A DNA stretch of 42,769 bases, from contig MEZG01000043.1 of NCBI GenBank assembly GCA_001775965.1, forward strand, positions 1 through 42,769, given 5' to 3'. How positions within the stretch are numbered: position 1 is the first letter of the stretch; every line of letters starts with the position of its first letter. A program made the translations under genes and the position numbers. The notes under the pieces are model-generated. The model had not been told where the DNA came from, did not search any database, and was given only the letters and a program-made list of their open reading frames with translations. Shown piece by piece: positions 1-9,800 of this stretch. The stretch comes from Candidatus Bathyarchaeota archaeon RBG_13_60_20 (lineage in GTDB: Archaea; Thermoproteota; Bathyarchaeia; TCS64).

Positions 1-945
1 GTCAGGATGGCGGCCAGGCTCACAGGCCGCCGCAGGGTACTGGTCCCACGAAACGTGAGCCCGGCGCGGCTCAGCATCATGCGCAACTTCTGCGCCTCGG
101 CCCAGCAGAGCGCGGGCCTGGAAGTCGAGGAGGTCGGGATGGACCCTGAGACCGGCATGGTGGACATAGCTGACCTGGAGTCCAGGTTAGGTGAGGACGC
201 AGCCTGCGTATACTTCGAGAACCCCAACTACCTAGGCGTCATAGAGGCAGGGGGAGCCGAGATCAGCGCCCTGGCCCACAGCGCGGGCGCCGAGAGCGTA
301 TGCGGTGTGGACCCCATAAGCCTGGGGGTGCTGGCGCCGCCCAGCGACTACGGGGTAGACATCGCCTGCGGGGAGGCTCAGCCCCTGGGAGTCCACATGC
401 ACGCGGGCGGCGGCTCATGCGGGTTCATCGCCAGCCGCGACGAGGTGAGGTACGTGGCCGAGTACCCCCTGAGGCTGGTGAGCGTCGCCGGGACCTCCGA
501 GCCCGGTGAGTATGGGTTCGGCCAGGCCCTGTACGAGCGGACCAGCTACATGGCCAGGGAGAACGCCAAGGACTGGGTGGGCACCACCACGGCCCTCTGG
601 GGGATAACCGCGGCCGTCTACATGAGCCTCCTGGGCCCCGAGGGCATTAGGGAGGTGGGAGAGACCATCCTCCAGAAGAGCCACTACGCCGCCGGGCTTA
701 TGGCCGAGATACCCGGTGTGAAGGTGCCGTTCAAGGGTTTCTTCAAAGAGTTCCCTGTCACGTTCACAGGAACGACGGTGAAAGACGTCAACAAGTGGCT
801 TCTCAGGCGCAGGATGCTGGGCGGCAAGGACCTGTCTGGGGAGTTCCCGGCCCTGGGCCAGTCGGCCCTCTACTGCGTCACGGAGGTCCACACCCTGGAG
901 CAGATAGATGCGCTGGGCGAGGCGCTGAGGGAGGCGCTGGCATGA
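1..945 (+). CDS. gcvPA: Glycine dehydrogenase (decarboxylating) subunit 1 (glycine cleavage P-protein, GcvPA), C-terminal part; the 5' end lies outside the window
   Basis: The frame is open from nt 1, so the ATG at 7 is internal. The DIACGEAQPLG...GGGSCGF segment is typical of P-protein subunit 1. The stop overlaps the next start as ATGA (942-945), the usual gcvPA-gcvPB arrangement. Confidence 0.85.
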   Translation, partial: VRMAARLTGRRRVLVPRNVSPARLSIMRNFCASAQQSAGLEVEEVGMDPETGMVDIADLESRLGEDAACVYFENPNYLGVIEAGGAEISALAHSAGAESVCGVDPISLGVLAPPSDYGVDIACGEAQPLGVHMHAGGGSCGFIASRDEVRYVAEYPLRLVSVAGTSEPGEYGFGQALYERTSYMARENAKDWVGTTTALWGITAAVYMSLLGPEGIREVGETILQKSHYAAGLMAEIPGVKVPFKGFFKEFPVTFTGTTVKDVNKWLLRRRMLGGKDLSGEFPALGQSALYCVTEVHTLEQIDALGEALREALA

Positions 946-2480
946 GGGTGAGGGAGTACCACGCGGCCCGTTGGAGCGAGCCCATCATCCACGAGCTCAC
1001 GAGCCCGGGCGAGCGCGGCTTCATACCCCCGGAGGCCGAGGAGAAGATCAGGGCCAGGGTCGGAGAAGCCTCAGAGCTGGTGCCGGCCTCCATGAGGAGG
1101 AGGGAGAAGCCTGGGCTGCCCGAGCTCAGCCAGGCTCAGGTGCTGCGCCACTATCTGCGCCTCAGCCAGATGACCCTGGGCATGGAGCTAGGCATAGACG
1201 TGGGGGTGGGCACGTGTACCATGAAGTACAGCCCCAAGGTGAACGAGGACCTGGCCCAGATGATAGCGGAGGTCCACCCAGAGCAGCCCGAGGAGACTAT
1301 CCAGGGCCTCCTGCAGATACTGTACGAGTTCGGGGACGTGTTCCTCAGGGAGATAAGCGGCATGAACGCCTTCAACTTCCAACCACCAGGCGGATCGGCC
1401 GGCGCCTACAACAACGCCCTAATGATGCGCAGGTACCACCAGGTCCACGGCGAGCCGTGGAGGGACGAGATAGTGACCACCATATTCAGCCACCCCTGCG
1501 ACGCAGCGTGCCCCGCCACTGCCGGCTACAAGGTGCTGACCCTGTACCCAGACTCGGAGACTGGGTTACCCGACACTGAGGCGCTTAAAGAGGCGGTCGG
1601 CCCGAGGACGGCCGGCTGCTTCATCACCAACCCCGAGGACACCGGCATCTTCAACAAGCAGATAGACGAGTGGACCGGCATCGTCCACGACGCGGGCGGC
1701 CTGTGCTCATACGACCAGGCCAACGCCAACGCCATCATGGGAGTCACCCGGGCCAGGGAGGCCGGGTTCGACATGTGCTTCTTCAACCTCCACAAGACCT
1801 TCAGCAGCCCCCACGGCAGCAGCGGCCCAGGCTCCGCGGCCATCGGCGTCACCGAGGAGCTGGAGCCCTACCTGCCCGTGCCCGTCATCGTGAAACGGCG
1901 CCGAAGGTACCACCTGGACTATGAGAGGCCGCTGAGCATCGGCAGGGTCAGGGACTTCATGGGTAACGTCCAGGCCGTGGTCCGCAGCTACGCCTGGTGC
2001 ATGGCCCTGGGTGCCGAGGGCATCAGGGAGGCCGCCGAGGTAAGCATGATCAACAACCAGTACCTCTCCGAGAAGCTGAGGCGGATCAGGGGCGTCTCGC
2101 TGCCCTTCGGGGGCAGGCGCCTCGACCAGGCCAGATGGAGCCTGGCCAAGCTCAAGGATGAGACCGGCGTCGGCGTACAGGAGGTGAACAATAGGTTGGT
2201 GGACTACGGGGTCCAGAGCATGTTCACAAGCCACCACCCGTGGCTGGTGCCCGAGCCCTTCACCCCCGAGCCCTGCGAGACCTACAGCAAGGCGGACATC
2301 GACTACTGGGTCGAGGCGCTTGAGACGGTCATCGAGGAGGCCTACGCGGACCCCGAGCTGGTGAAGGCGGCGCCCCACAGGAGCAGCAACCACAACGTAG
2401 CGGACGGGGGCTTCGACGACCCCGCGAGGTGGGCCATGAGCTGGAGGGCCTACCAGAGGAAGAGGGGTGATGAGCGGTGA
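942..2480 (+). CDS. gcvPB: Glycine dehydrogenase (decarboxylating) subunit 2 (GcvPB)
   Basis: The 512-aa product starts at ATG 942. The ORF-track start at 795 would overlap gcvPA by about 150 nt. The PLP-lysine signature FNLHKTFSSPHGSSGPG is present. Confidence 0.9.
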   Translation: MRVREYHAARWSEPIIHELTSPGERGFIPPEAEEKIRARVGEASELVPASMRRREKPGLPELSQAQVLRHYLRLSQMTLGMELGIDVGVGTCTMKYSPKVNEDLAQMIAEVHPEQPEETIQGLLQILYEFGDVFLREISGMNAFNFQPPGGSAGAYNNALMMRRYHQVHGEPWRDEIVTTIFSHPCDAACPATAGYKVLTLYPDSETGLPDTEALKEAVGPRTAGCFITNPEDTGIFNKQIDEWTGIVHDAGGLCSYDQANANAIMGVTRAREAGFDMCFFNLHKTFSSPHGSSGPGSAAIGVTEELEPYLPVPVIVKRRRRYHLDYERPLSIGRVRDFMGNVQAVVRSYAWCMALGAEGIREAAEVSMINNQYLSEKLRRIRGVSLPFGGRRLDQARWSLAKLKDETGVGVQEVNNRLVDYGVQSMFTSHHPWLVPEPFTPEPCETYSKADIDYWVEALETVIEEAYADPELVKAAPHRSSNHNVADGGFDDPARWAMSWRAYQRKRGDER

Positions 2481-3280
2481 CGCTTGAGGGCAGGGTAGCC
2501 GTTGTTACAGGCGCCATGCAGGGCATTGGCGCAGGCATCAGCCGGGTGCTCGCCAGGAACGGCGCCACAGTGGTCCTCACGGACGTGTCCCCCAGGGTCG
2601 AGGAGATGGCCCGGGCCATAACCGCCGAGGGCCACAGGGCCGAGCACGCCGTCATGGACGTGACCAAACCGGAACAGGTCGTGGAGGTCATGTCCGAGAT
2701 CGAGGGAAGGCACGGCAGGGTGGACATCCTCGTGAATAATGCGGGCATCTATCCGCGCCGACGGCTCGTCGAGATGGACGAGGAGTTCCTTCACAGGATG
2801 TTCGAGATCAACGTCTTCGGCATGTTCAGGTGCGCCAAGGCTGTGCTCCCAGGCATGACGGAGCGCGGGTACGGCAAGATCGTCAACATGAGCAGCGTCA
2901 CGGGCCCACTGGTGGGTGCCCCAAGCGGGGGCCAGACGGCCTACGGCTCGACGAAGGCGGCCGTCGTAGGATTCACAAAGGCACTGGCCCTGGAGACGGC
3001 CCAGAGCGGCATCAACGTGAACTGTATCCTCCCCGGCTACATCCACAGCCCCAGCGCCTACGGGCTCAGAGGCAGCACCGGCGACAGTGACGCCGAGGAG
3101 AAGATGCGGGAGTTCGGCTACAAGATTCCCGTTGGTAGGCAGGGGACCCCCGAGGACGTGGGCAACTTGGTCCTGTTCCTGGCCTCAGACGAGTCCAGCT
3201 ACCTGACGGGCAGCGAGATCGTCATTGACGGGGGCAACATCCTCCAAGAGGAGTACTTAGGCCCCTACAAGCCCAGGTAG
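2477..3280 (+). CDS. Short-chain dehydrogenase/reductase (SDR) family oxidoreductase
   Basis: The GTG start overlaps the gcvPB stop (GTGA). It carries the Rossmann motif TGAMQGIGAG, NNAG, and the catalytic YGSTK (YxxxK). Confidence 0.85.
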   Translation: MTLEGRVAVVTGAMQGIGAGISRVLARNGATVVLTDVSPRVEEMARAITAEGHRAEHAVMDVTKPEQVVEVMSEIEGRHGRVDILVNNAGIYPRRRLVEMDEEFLHRMFEINVFGMFRCAKAVLPGMTERGYGKIVNMSSVTGPLVGAPSGGQTAYGSTKAAVVGFTKALALETAQSGINVNCILPGYIHSPSAYGLRGSTGDSDAEEKMREFGYKIPVGRQGTPEDVGNLVLFLASDESSYLTGSEIVIDGGNILQEEYLGPYKPR

Positions 3281-3985
3281 CTACTCTAGGGCCATAAGCC
3301 CAGTGTAGAAGCCCAGTTTCTCGTCGTCCAGCTCGTCCAGCCCGTAGACCTCCAGGAACAGAGGTATCCACCTCTCCTTGGACTCCCGATCCCCATAGTT
3401 GTACTTGAGGCTCCTGAGGCAGGAGGCGAGGTCCACGTAGGGGTCCGCGAGGCCACCGTGGTCCCAGTCTATGACACCGCTTAGCCGGGGGACCACGGTT
3501 ATTACATTGGGGAGGCAGTAGTCGCCGTGGGTGAATACTAGCGTCTCGGCTGGGGCACGCTCCATCAAATCGTCTAGTTTCCTCTTATCCCTCCGACTCA
3601 GCGTCGGTTTGAGGGCATTGACGCGATCCTTGATGGTGTTGGTGTAGGGGCAGGCTTCAGTGTCAAGCTCGTGGATGCACCTCAAGGTGAAGGCTAGTAC
3701 CCGCACGGCCTCCTCTCTCTCCTCGGGCTGCACCTGGTAGGAGGGGGTGCCAGGCACCTCGCGGGTCAGCAGGTACTCTGCGCCCCCCGAGGACATGTAG
3801 TAGAGGGGCTCCGGCGAGGGCAGCCTGGCCCCGATCCACTTGAGGACCTCGTACTCCCTCCTGAGCCCTGACCCGCCACCCCTCAAGACCTTAAGGTAAA
3901 GAGGCGGCTTATCATCGTGCACGAGCCTGTACACCTCGGCGGCCGTCTCCCTGTAGGGGTGCCTGGAGGCCCTGTAGCCCTCCAA
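3281..3985 (-). CDS. Aminoglycoside/choline-kinase-like phosphotransferase (APH family)
   Basis: Kinase-fold motifs HGDYCLPN and IDWDHGG are present, with the N-terminal VYRL...LYLKV strand. Its stop abuts the convergent SDR stop (TAG|CTA at 3278-3283). Confidence 0.75.
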   Translation of the reverse strand: MEGYRASRHPYRETAAEVYRLVHDDKPPLYLKVLRGGGSGLRREYEVLKWIGARLPSPEPLYYMSSGGAEYLLTREVPGTPSYQVQPEEREEAVRVLAFTLRCIHELDTEACPYTNTIKDRVNALKPTLSRRDKRKLDDLMERAPAETLVFTHGDYCLPNVITVVPRLSGVIDWDHGGLADPYVDLASCLRSLKYNYGDRESKERWIPLFLEVYGLDELDDEKLGFYTGLMALE

Positions 3986-4010
3986 GAGCTCGTCGATGGC
4001 GCCGCCCAGC

Positions 4011-5117
4011 CTAATCGACTTTGACGATGGTTCTCCTTCCGTACCCGGTCACCACCCTGTAGTAGCCCCTCAGCTCCTCGTCCAGGCCCTGGTCCCCCGT
4101 GTCCACCTTCAGGGGCCGGCCCCTGAGGGACGCCAGCTTCTCCGGTGTCGCCACGACTATGATGTTCTCTTTGCTGACGCGCCTGATGATGCTGGGGCTT
4201 ATCTGCTGGTTGCCTCTGCCCAGTATGAAGCCCTGACCCCCGATCACTGACAGTACCGCGACGCCTCTCCTCCCCTCAAGGAGCCCTAGGAGGGTCCCCT
4301 CAGAGGCGTCCCGCGCGACCAGCTCGCCGTCCAGCACAGCGTCCACGCCAAGCAACGTTTTTTCAATGCCTAGCTTCTCGGCTACGGGTACAGTGGTCGA
4401 GCCGGGCCCCAAGATGTAGAGGACCCCAGGCTCCATGTTCTCCACCACGTCGGCGGCTATGGCCTCCAGCGTGTACTCGTCCTGGTGCCCCGCACCCTCC
4501 TTGCCACCCTGCAGGTGCAGTATCGAGTTGGGGACTCTCATGTAGCCGTAGAGGCTGGCCGACAGGCTTCCACGCCTGAAGGCGTCCTTGTCTATGTCCA
4601 TGACCTCGGCGTCTCTCAGGGGGGCCTTGCCCGTCAGGTATAATGCCGCCAGGTTGCCTGCGGCCTGCGGGTTCACAGCGAAGACGGCCGAGTGGACTTT
4701 GACTCCGGATGGCACCCCAAGGACCGGCACCTGGCCGCCCACGGCCTTGTATATGTCCCGTGCTGTGCCGTCGCCGCCCACGAAGAGGATGAGGTCGACG
4801 ACCAGCTCCTTGAAATCCTTGGCCGCCCTCCGCGTGTCATCTGCCGTGGTCGCCTTACCTGTCTCTCCGATGACCTTGGCGTCTACGCCCGCCTCACGGC
4901 ACTCGTCCTCGCCCATGGGCCCCGGGTAGGTGTAGACGGCGACGCTGGGGAGGGCTGACCTCAGGGCTTTTAACGCGGCCACGGCTCTGCCTGGAGAGAC
5001 GCGTGTCGCACCCAGCTCCAGGGCCCTGCGCTGGGTCTCCTCACCGTCGCTGCCCTTCAGCCCCACGGCTCCGCCAATCCCCGCTACGGGGTTGACTACG
5101 AGACCGACGGTGTTCAA
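4011..5117 (-). CDS. ATP-NAD kinase family protein (long, two-domain NAD-kinase-like type)
   Basis: It has the GGDGT motif (FVGGDGTARD) and the N-terminal VVNPVAGIGG. Length is 368 aa. Confidence 0.7.
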   Translation of the reverse strand: MNTVGLVVNPVAGIGGAVGLKGSDGEETQRRALELGATRVSPGRAVAALKALRSALPSVAVYTYPGPMGEDECREAGVDAKVIGETGKATTADDTRRAAKDFKELVVDLILFVGGDGTARDIYKAVGGQVPVLGVPSGVKVHSAVFAVNPQAAGNLAALYLTGKAPLRDAEVMDIDKDAFRRGSLSASLYGYMRVPNSILHLQGGKEGAGHQDEYTLEAIAADVVENMEPGVLYILGPGSTTVPVAEKLGIEKTLLGVDAVLDGELVARDASEGTLLGLLEGRRGVAVLSVIGGQGFILGRGNQQISPSIIRRVSKENIIVVATPEKLASLRGRPLKVDTGDQGLDEELRGYYRVVTGYGRRTIVKVD

Positions 5118-5169
5118 CTCATAAACCTTGGCCGGGACCGTATATAAGCAGTGGATTAGGGCATGCTGC

Positions 5170-6423
5170 CTAACCCTCGTAGCCCAGGAACCTTAGGACA
5201 GTCAGGGCAAGGGTCCTGGCCGTGGCCTCTAGTTCCCCGAGGGATACGCTCTCGTTGGCTCCGTGGGCGGTCCGCACGTCGCCGGGCCCGAACACGACGG
5301 TTGGTGTCCCCCCCACGTTAATGAGGAGTCTAGCGTCCGAGGCATAGGTCATGCCCTCGTAGACGGGCTCCTGGCCCGTGGCGTCCTTGTAGGCGCTGCC
5401 CAGTGTCTTCACTATGGGGTGGTCCACAGGCACCCTGCTGGGAGCAAAGCTGTAGCCCGACCACTCCACGGTGGGCCTGTGGTCCCTAAGCCACGGGTCG
5501 CCATCAGCGATCTCCCGCACCTTCCGCTCCAGCTCGTCTCTGGCGTGCTGCTGCGTCTCTCTCACTGCCACGCCTATCCTGCCCTCGAAGGTCACACTCT
5601 CGGGGACCGTGCCGGGCCACTGGCCGCCTCTGATCATCCCCACGTTCAGGGCGTAGGGCGTCTTGTATCGCTTGTAGAGGGGGTTTGACACCCGGCTGTT
5701 CCGTTCGGCCTCAAGCTCCATGAGGCCGTTGAGGACGGTCACGAACTTCTCTATGGCGCTGACGCCTTCGTCCCTCACGCAGGCGTGGGCGCTCCTGCCC
5801 GGGATGGTGGCCTTGAAGCTCATGGCTCCGGCCACCTCAGGCGCCACCTTGGTCTCGCTGGGCTCCATGATGATCCCGGCGTCGGCCTTGTAGCCACGGA
5901 GGCAGGTGGCTAGGGCGCCGCAGCCGCCGTCCTCCTCGCCTATGCAACTCTCGTATATGAGGCGCCCCTTGAGCGTCACGCCGGCGTCCATCACGGCCTT
6001 GGCGGCGACGAGGGCCGCGGCGAGGCCGCCCTTCATGTCGCATACGCCCCTACCGTAGAGCCGACCATCCTTCACTGTGGCCTTCATAGGGTCCATCGCC
6101 CAGTTGTTTGGATCGCCCGGGTCAACCGTGTCGATGTGACCACACAGGATCAGGCTCCTGTCGCCGGCGCTCATGGTCCCCACTACGCCCAGCCCCTCGT
6201 CCCTGGGGATGCTCATGCTGAAGTCGGGATGCCTCCTCAGTTCCCCGAAGTCCAAGGCCCAGGAGTCCACCTCGAAGCCGAGCCCGCGCAGCCTCTCGGC
6301 CATGAACCTCTGGACACGCGACTCCTTTCCACCGTGGCTCGGGATCGCCACGAGCTCGCCAGCAAGGCGAGTGATGTCCTTCAGGTTTACGGAGTCGAGG
6401 ACGCGCCTCTCCACGGCGTTCAT
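5170..6423 (-). CDS. M20 family metallopeptidase (ArgE/DapE/ACY1/CPG2-type deacylase)
   Basis: Metal-ligand contexts CGHIDTVDPG and CIGEEDGGCG are present. Length is 417 aa, typical for the family. Confidence 0.8.
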   Translation of the reverse strand: MNAVERRVLDSVNLKDITRLAGELVAIPSHGGKESRVQRFMAERLRGLGFEVDSWALDFGELRRHPDFSMSIPRDEGLGVVGTMSAGDRSLILCGHIDTVDPGDPNNWAMDPMKATVKDGRLYGRGVCDMKGGLAAALVAAKAVMDAGVTLKGRLIYESCIGEEDGGCGALATCLRGYKADAGIIMEPSETKVAPEVAGAMSFKATIPGRSAHACVRDEGVSAIEKFVTVLNGLMELEAERNSRVSNPLYKRYKTPYALNVGMIRGGQWPGTVPESVTFEGRIGVAVRETQQHARDELERKVREIADGDPWLRDHRPTVEWSGYSFAPSRVPVDHPIVKTLGSAYKDATGQEPVYEGMTYASDARLLINVGGTPTVVFGPGDVRTAHGANESVSLGELEATARTLALTVLRFLGYEG

Positions 6424-6470
6424 GCTGGAACCTGCACGGTTCAGGTTTATATCACCTTCACCGGCTAGGC

Positions 6471-7433
6471 TCAGACCCTGCCCATCACCCTATCGGCGAA
6501 GAGCCTTAGGGACCTGAGCTCGTCCCCGTAGTGCCACCGCAGGATGAAGTGGTCGACCCCGAGGGACACGTACTCTCGGAGAAGCTCGGCCAACTCATCA
6601 GGCGTAGCCGACACGTTGGGCTTCTGCCGGCTCAGGTACCTCATGTACTCGGTGTCCCGGCTTAGCCTCAGCTGCTCCAGTCTGGCATCCACGCCCTCAC
6701 GGGTCTCGTCAAGCACCACCATCAGGCCCACCGAGACCCGTATCTCGGAGGGGTCGCGCCCCAGCCTCCGGCAGTGGCGCCTCAGCATGCCCAGCCGCTC
6801 CTCGATGAAGCCTGGCGGGTGGCTCCAAGAGAAGTTCACTGCGTCTGCGTGCTTGGCCGATACTCGCAGCGTCCTGTCTCCTGTGCCGCCCACCCAGACG
6901 GGGAGGGGGCTCTGGACGGGCTTCGGTGAGCATAGTGCCTCCTGGATGCTGTAGTACTTGCCCTTGAAGCTAGCCCTGTCATCGGTCCACATACGCCTGC
7001 ATATCTCAAGAGCCTCGTCCAACTGCCCTATCCTGACGCCGGGCCCAGGGAATGGGTACCCGTAGGCGTTGTATTCCACATCTTTCCACCCAGCCCCTAT
7101 GCCGAAGTTGAGGCGGCCGCCGCTGATGTGGTCAAGGGACGCAACGACCTTAGCCAGCAGAGCCGGATTACGGTAGCTCTGCGACGCCACCATGGCGCCC
7201 AGGCGCAACCGACCCGTGTCCCGGGCCAGAGCCGTGAGCACCGTGTAGCACTCCAGGCAGTTGGTTTCCACTGTCTGCGGGGTGAGGAAGAGGTGGTCGC
7301 TGACCCAAATTGACTCGTAGCCGAGCCCCTCAGCTGCTCGGGCCACGGCCCTGATCTGGTCGTAGGTGAACCCGTACTGGGGCTCGATCTGGACGCCGAA
7401 GTCTAGTGGAGCCATGATAGGACTGTGCCCCAT
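6471..7433 (-). CDS. LLM-class (luciferase-like) flavin/F420-dependent oxidoreductase
   Basis: The N-terminus FGVQIEP...GYESIWVSDHLF and the GGRLNFGIGAGW segment are typical of luciferase-like TIM-barrel oxidoreductases. The true start may be the Met at 7415. Confidence 0.8.
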   Translation of the reverse strand: MGHSPIMAPLDFGVQIEPQYGFTYDQIRAVARAAEGLGYESIWVSDHLFLTPQTVETNCLECYTVLTALARDTGRLRLGAMVASQSYRNPALLAKVVASLDHISGGRLNFGIGAGWKDVEYNAYGYPFPGPGVRIGQLDEALEICRRMWTDDRASFKGKYYSIQEALCSPKPVQSPLPVWVGGTGDRTLRVSAKHADAVNFSWSHPPGFIEERLGMLRRHCRRLGRDPSEIRVSVGLMVVLDETREGVDARLEQLRLSRDTEYMRYLSRQKPNVSATPDELAELLREYVSLGVDHFILRWHYGDELRSLRLFADRVMGRV

Positions 7434-7500
7434 GGATTATTGGCTGTTGCGATGCTGGAAAACATTAAGACTCGGCGCATCACACCCTTTGGGATACCGC

Positions 7501-8526
7501 ATGAAGGCCGTGATGAAGACGAGGCCAGAGCCGGGGGTCGAGGTCGTGAACATACCGGTCCCCAAGGTAGCTGGGGATGAGGCCCTCATCAGGGTGAGAG
7601 CCGCCGCCATATGCGGCAGCGACCTAGGAATCTACAACTACACGCCGGCCTACAGCGGGATGAGGCTGCCTGTGGTCCTCGGCCACGAGTTCGCGGGCGA
7701 GGTCGTGGAGACGGGCCCGGAGGCGCGGGGGTTAAGCGCCGGCGACAGGGTCCTCGCTGAGTCCGTGAAGGCGTGCGGCGAGTGCGGCTTCTGCAAGGCC
7801 GGCATGAGCAACCTCTGCGACGCCTCAGCGCTGTTCGGCATCCACACGGACGGGGGGTTCGCGGAGTACGCCGCGGTCCCCGTGTCCCTACTGCACAGGG
7901 TGCCCGACTCCATGAGCTTCGAGGAGGCCGCCCTAGTGGAGCCCCTAAGCAACGCCTTCCACTTCGTCAGGGACATCACCCCCTTCAGGTTCGGGGACCT
8001 TGTGGTGGTCCATGGCTGCGGCCCCATCGGCCTCTTCAGCGCACAGCTCTTCAGGCTGGGAGGCGCCAGGGTGCTGGTCACGGGGCTCACAGCCGACTCC
8101 GCCAGGTTCAGGATCGCGGAGAGGCTCGGCCTAGAGACCCTGAACATCGAGGAGGAGAACCTCGCGGAGAGGGTGAACGGGCTCACAGGCGGGGCGGGGG
8201 CGGGCGTCGCCTTAGTGGCCACGGGGGCGCCCCAGGCAGTGAAGCAGGCCGTAGAGATAGTCAGGAAGCGAGGCCACGTCACGGTAGTGGGCATCTTCGG
8301 GGGCGACGTGCCCGTTGACATGACGCGGGTCGTCCGGCGCGAGGTGACCATCACCGGGGCCTACGACGCCAGGCCAGACAACTTCCCCCAGAGCATCGAT
8401 CTCATCACAGAGGGCAAGGTTAACGTCCTGGACGTCCTCACCCATAGGTTCAGCCTCGACCGGGCCGAGGAGGCCTTCAGGGTGGCCCTGGACAGGTCCG
8501 GCGGCAAGGTGGAGTTCACACCCTAG
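7501..8526 (+). CDS. Zinc-dependent alcohol/threonine/sorbitol dehydrogenase family (MDR) oxidoreductase
   Basis: I place the start at ATG 7501 (MKAVMKT). The ORF-track start at 7366 overlaps the divergent LLM gene. It has catalytic Zn GHEFAGEV, structural Zn CGECGFCKAGMSNLC, and the NAD fold VHGCGPIG. Confidence 0.85.
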   Translation: MKAVMKTRPEPGVEVVNIPVPKVAGDEALIRVRAAAICGSDLGIYNYTPAYSGMRLPVVLGHEFAGEVVETGPEARGLSAGDRVLAESVKACGECGFCKAGMSNLCDASALFGIHTDGGFAEYAAVPVSLLHRVPDSMSFEEAALVEPLSNAFHFVRDITPFRFGDLVVVHGCGPIGLFSAQLFRLGGARVLVTGLTADSARFRIAERLGLETLNIEEENLAERVNGLTGGAGAGVALVATGAPQAVKQAVEIVRKRGHVTVVGIFGGDVPVDMTRVVRREVTITGAYDARPDNFPQSIDLITEGKVNVLDVLTHRFSLDRAEEAFRVALDRSGGKVEFTP

Positions 8527-8537
8527 GAGAAGACGAT

Positions 8538-9197
8538 TTGACCCTGAGGGACAACTGGCTCGGCTTCCTGGGGAAGCTGCCGAGCCTCTTCTTCGGCCTC
8601 TTCCTGTTCGCCCTGGGCGCTGTCATGAACCTGTACTCGGACCTGGGGATGAACCCCTGGGGCGTGTTCCAGGTGGGGATCACGTACCAAGTGCCCATGA
8701 CGCTGGGCCAGGTCTCGCAGGTGGTGGGCCTCGTCGTCCTCGTGATCGGGTGGCTACTGGGGTTCGCGCCGGGCTTCGCCACCTTCATGAACATGTACTT
8801 CATCGGGCTGTTCATCGACCTCATTATGGAGTGGGGACTGGTCCCCAGGTACGGGGACCTCCCCGGGAAGCTTGCCCTCCTCCTCGGCGGCATAGTCGCC
8901 CTGGGCATCGGCAGCTTCTTCTACATGAACCCCAAGCTGGGGGCCGGCCCCAGGGACGGCCTCATGCTGGGCTTCGTCAGGAAGCTGGACAGGCCCGTGT
9001 CCCACGTGAGGGGGGCAATCGAGGTCACGGTTCTTGTGCTCGGGTACCTACTTGGGGGCCCGGTAGGCATAGGAACCGTGGTGACGGCCCTCACCGTGGG
9101 GTACAGCGTCCAGCTGTTCTTCAGGCTGGGAAGGTACAACAGGAGGTCCAGCCACATGGACCTCTACGAGCTCGCCAAGCACCTCACCAAGGGCTGA
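8538..9197 (+). CDS. Polytopic membrane protein, YczE/YitT-like family
   Basis: TTG start. There are 5-6 hydrophobic helices. The N-terminal FFGLFLFALGAVMNLYSDLGMNPWGVF resembles YczE-type membrane proteins. The family assignment is from memory only. Confidence 0.55.
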   Translation: MTLRDNWLGFLGKLPSLFFGLFLFALGAVMNLYSDLGMNPWGVFQVGITYQVPMTLGQVSQVVGLVVLVIGWLLGFAPGFATFMNMYFIGLFIDLIMEWGLVPRYGDLPGKLALLLGGIVALGIGSFFYMNPKLGAGPRDGLMLGFVRKLDRPVSHVRGAIEVTVLVLGYLLGGPVGIGTVVTALTVGYSVQLFFRLGRYNRRSSHMDLYELAKHLTKG

Positions 9198-9239
9198 AAA
9201 CATATAACGACGAGGACCATCATATAGCCCCGATCAGAC

Positions 9240-9743
9240 TTGCCTAAGACACCTGGCCTCGAATGGAGGATAAGGATGGCGGAGGAGGAGGACATCCCCG
9301 TCGTGATGGACCTATGCCGCCAGCTCAGCGTCTACGAGAAACTGGAGTTCAAGGGCACCCCCGAGCTCTACAGGAGGTACGGGTTCGGCGAGGACAAGAT
9401 ATTCGACTGCCTGCTGGTGGAGAACACGGGCAAGGTGGGCCCCCCGTATTTAGGCATAGCTCTCCACTACTACACCTTCAGCACCTTCGAGTCCAAGCCC
9501 ACCCTGTGGCTGGAGGACCTGTACGTGCCGGAGGAGCTCAGGGGCAACGGCATAGGCACAGCCCTGCTGAAGAGGTTGTGCCAGATAGCGGTGGAGAGGG
9601 ACTGCGGACGCGTCGAGTGGACGGTCCTGGACTGGAACGAGCCCAGCCGACAGTTCTACTACAGCCTGGGCGCCGTCTCCATGGACGGGTGGACCACCTT
9701 CAGGCTGAGTCCCGACGCCTTTAAGAGGCTGGCAGGACCCTAG
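9240..9743 (+). CDS. GNAT family N-acetyltransferase (diamine/SSAT-like)
   Basis: It has the acetyl-CoA P-loop-like motif RGNGIGTALLKRL and the first strand RIRMAEEEDIP. That strand requires a start upstream of the Met at 9276, so I keep TTG 9240. Confidence 0.8.
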   Translation: MPKTPGLEWRIRMAEEEDIPVVMDLCRQLSVYEKLEFKGTPELYRRYGFGEDKIFDCLLVENTGKVGPPYLGIALHYYTFSTFESKPTLWLEDLYVPEELRGNGIGTALLKRLCQIAVERDCGRVEWTVLDWNEPSRQFYYSLGAVSMDGWTTFRLSPDAFKRLAGP

Positions 9744-9800
9744 CATACGCCCGTGATGTATTATATAGGTCGAGGGACAACATCATCACCGGTTTGAGAT

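Noticed and set aside
795-941. N-terminal extensions suggested by the ORF track for gcvPB (795), the Zn-ADH (7366) and the second MinD-like ATPase (39082).
   Set aside because: The extensions overlap neighbouring genes and are low-complexity. The conserved N-termini begin at internal starts that form ATGA/GTGA coupling overlaps (942, 39031) or follow a promoter gap (7501).
1707-2393. Long antisense or out-of-frame ORFs overlapping well-supported genes. Examples: 1707-2393 -, 2450-3046 -, 9786-10457 -, 17418-18194 -, 32203-32970 -, 32874-33689 -, 36231-36770 -, 41555-42100 -.
   Set aside because: High GC content suppresses stop codons in all frames. These ORFs have Arg/Pro/Gly/Ala-rich, low-complexity translations with no motifs. 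Each overlaps a gene with clear family signatures, so I treat them as shadow ORFs.
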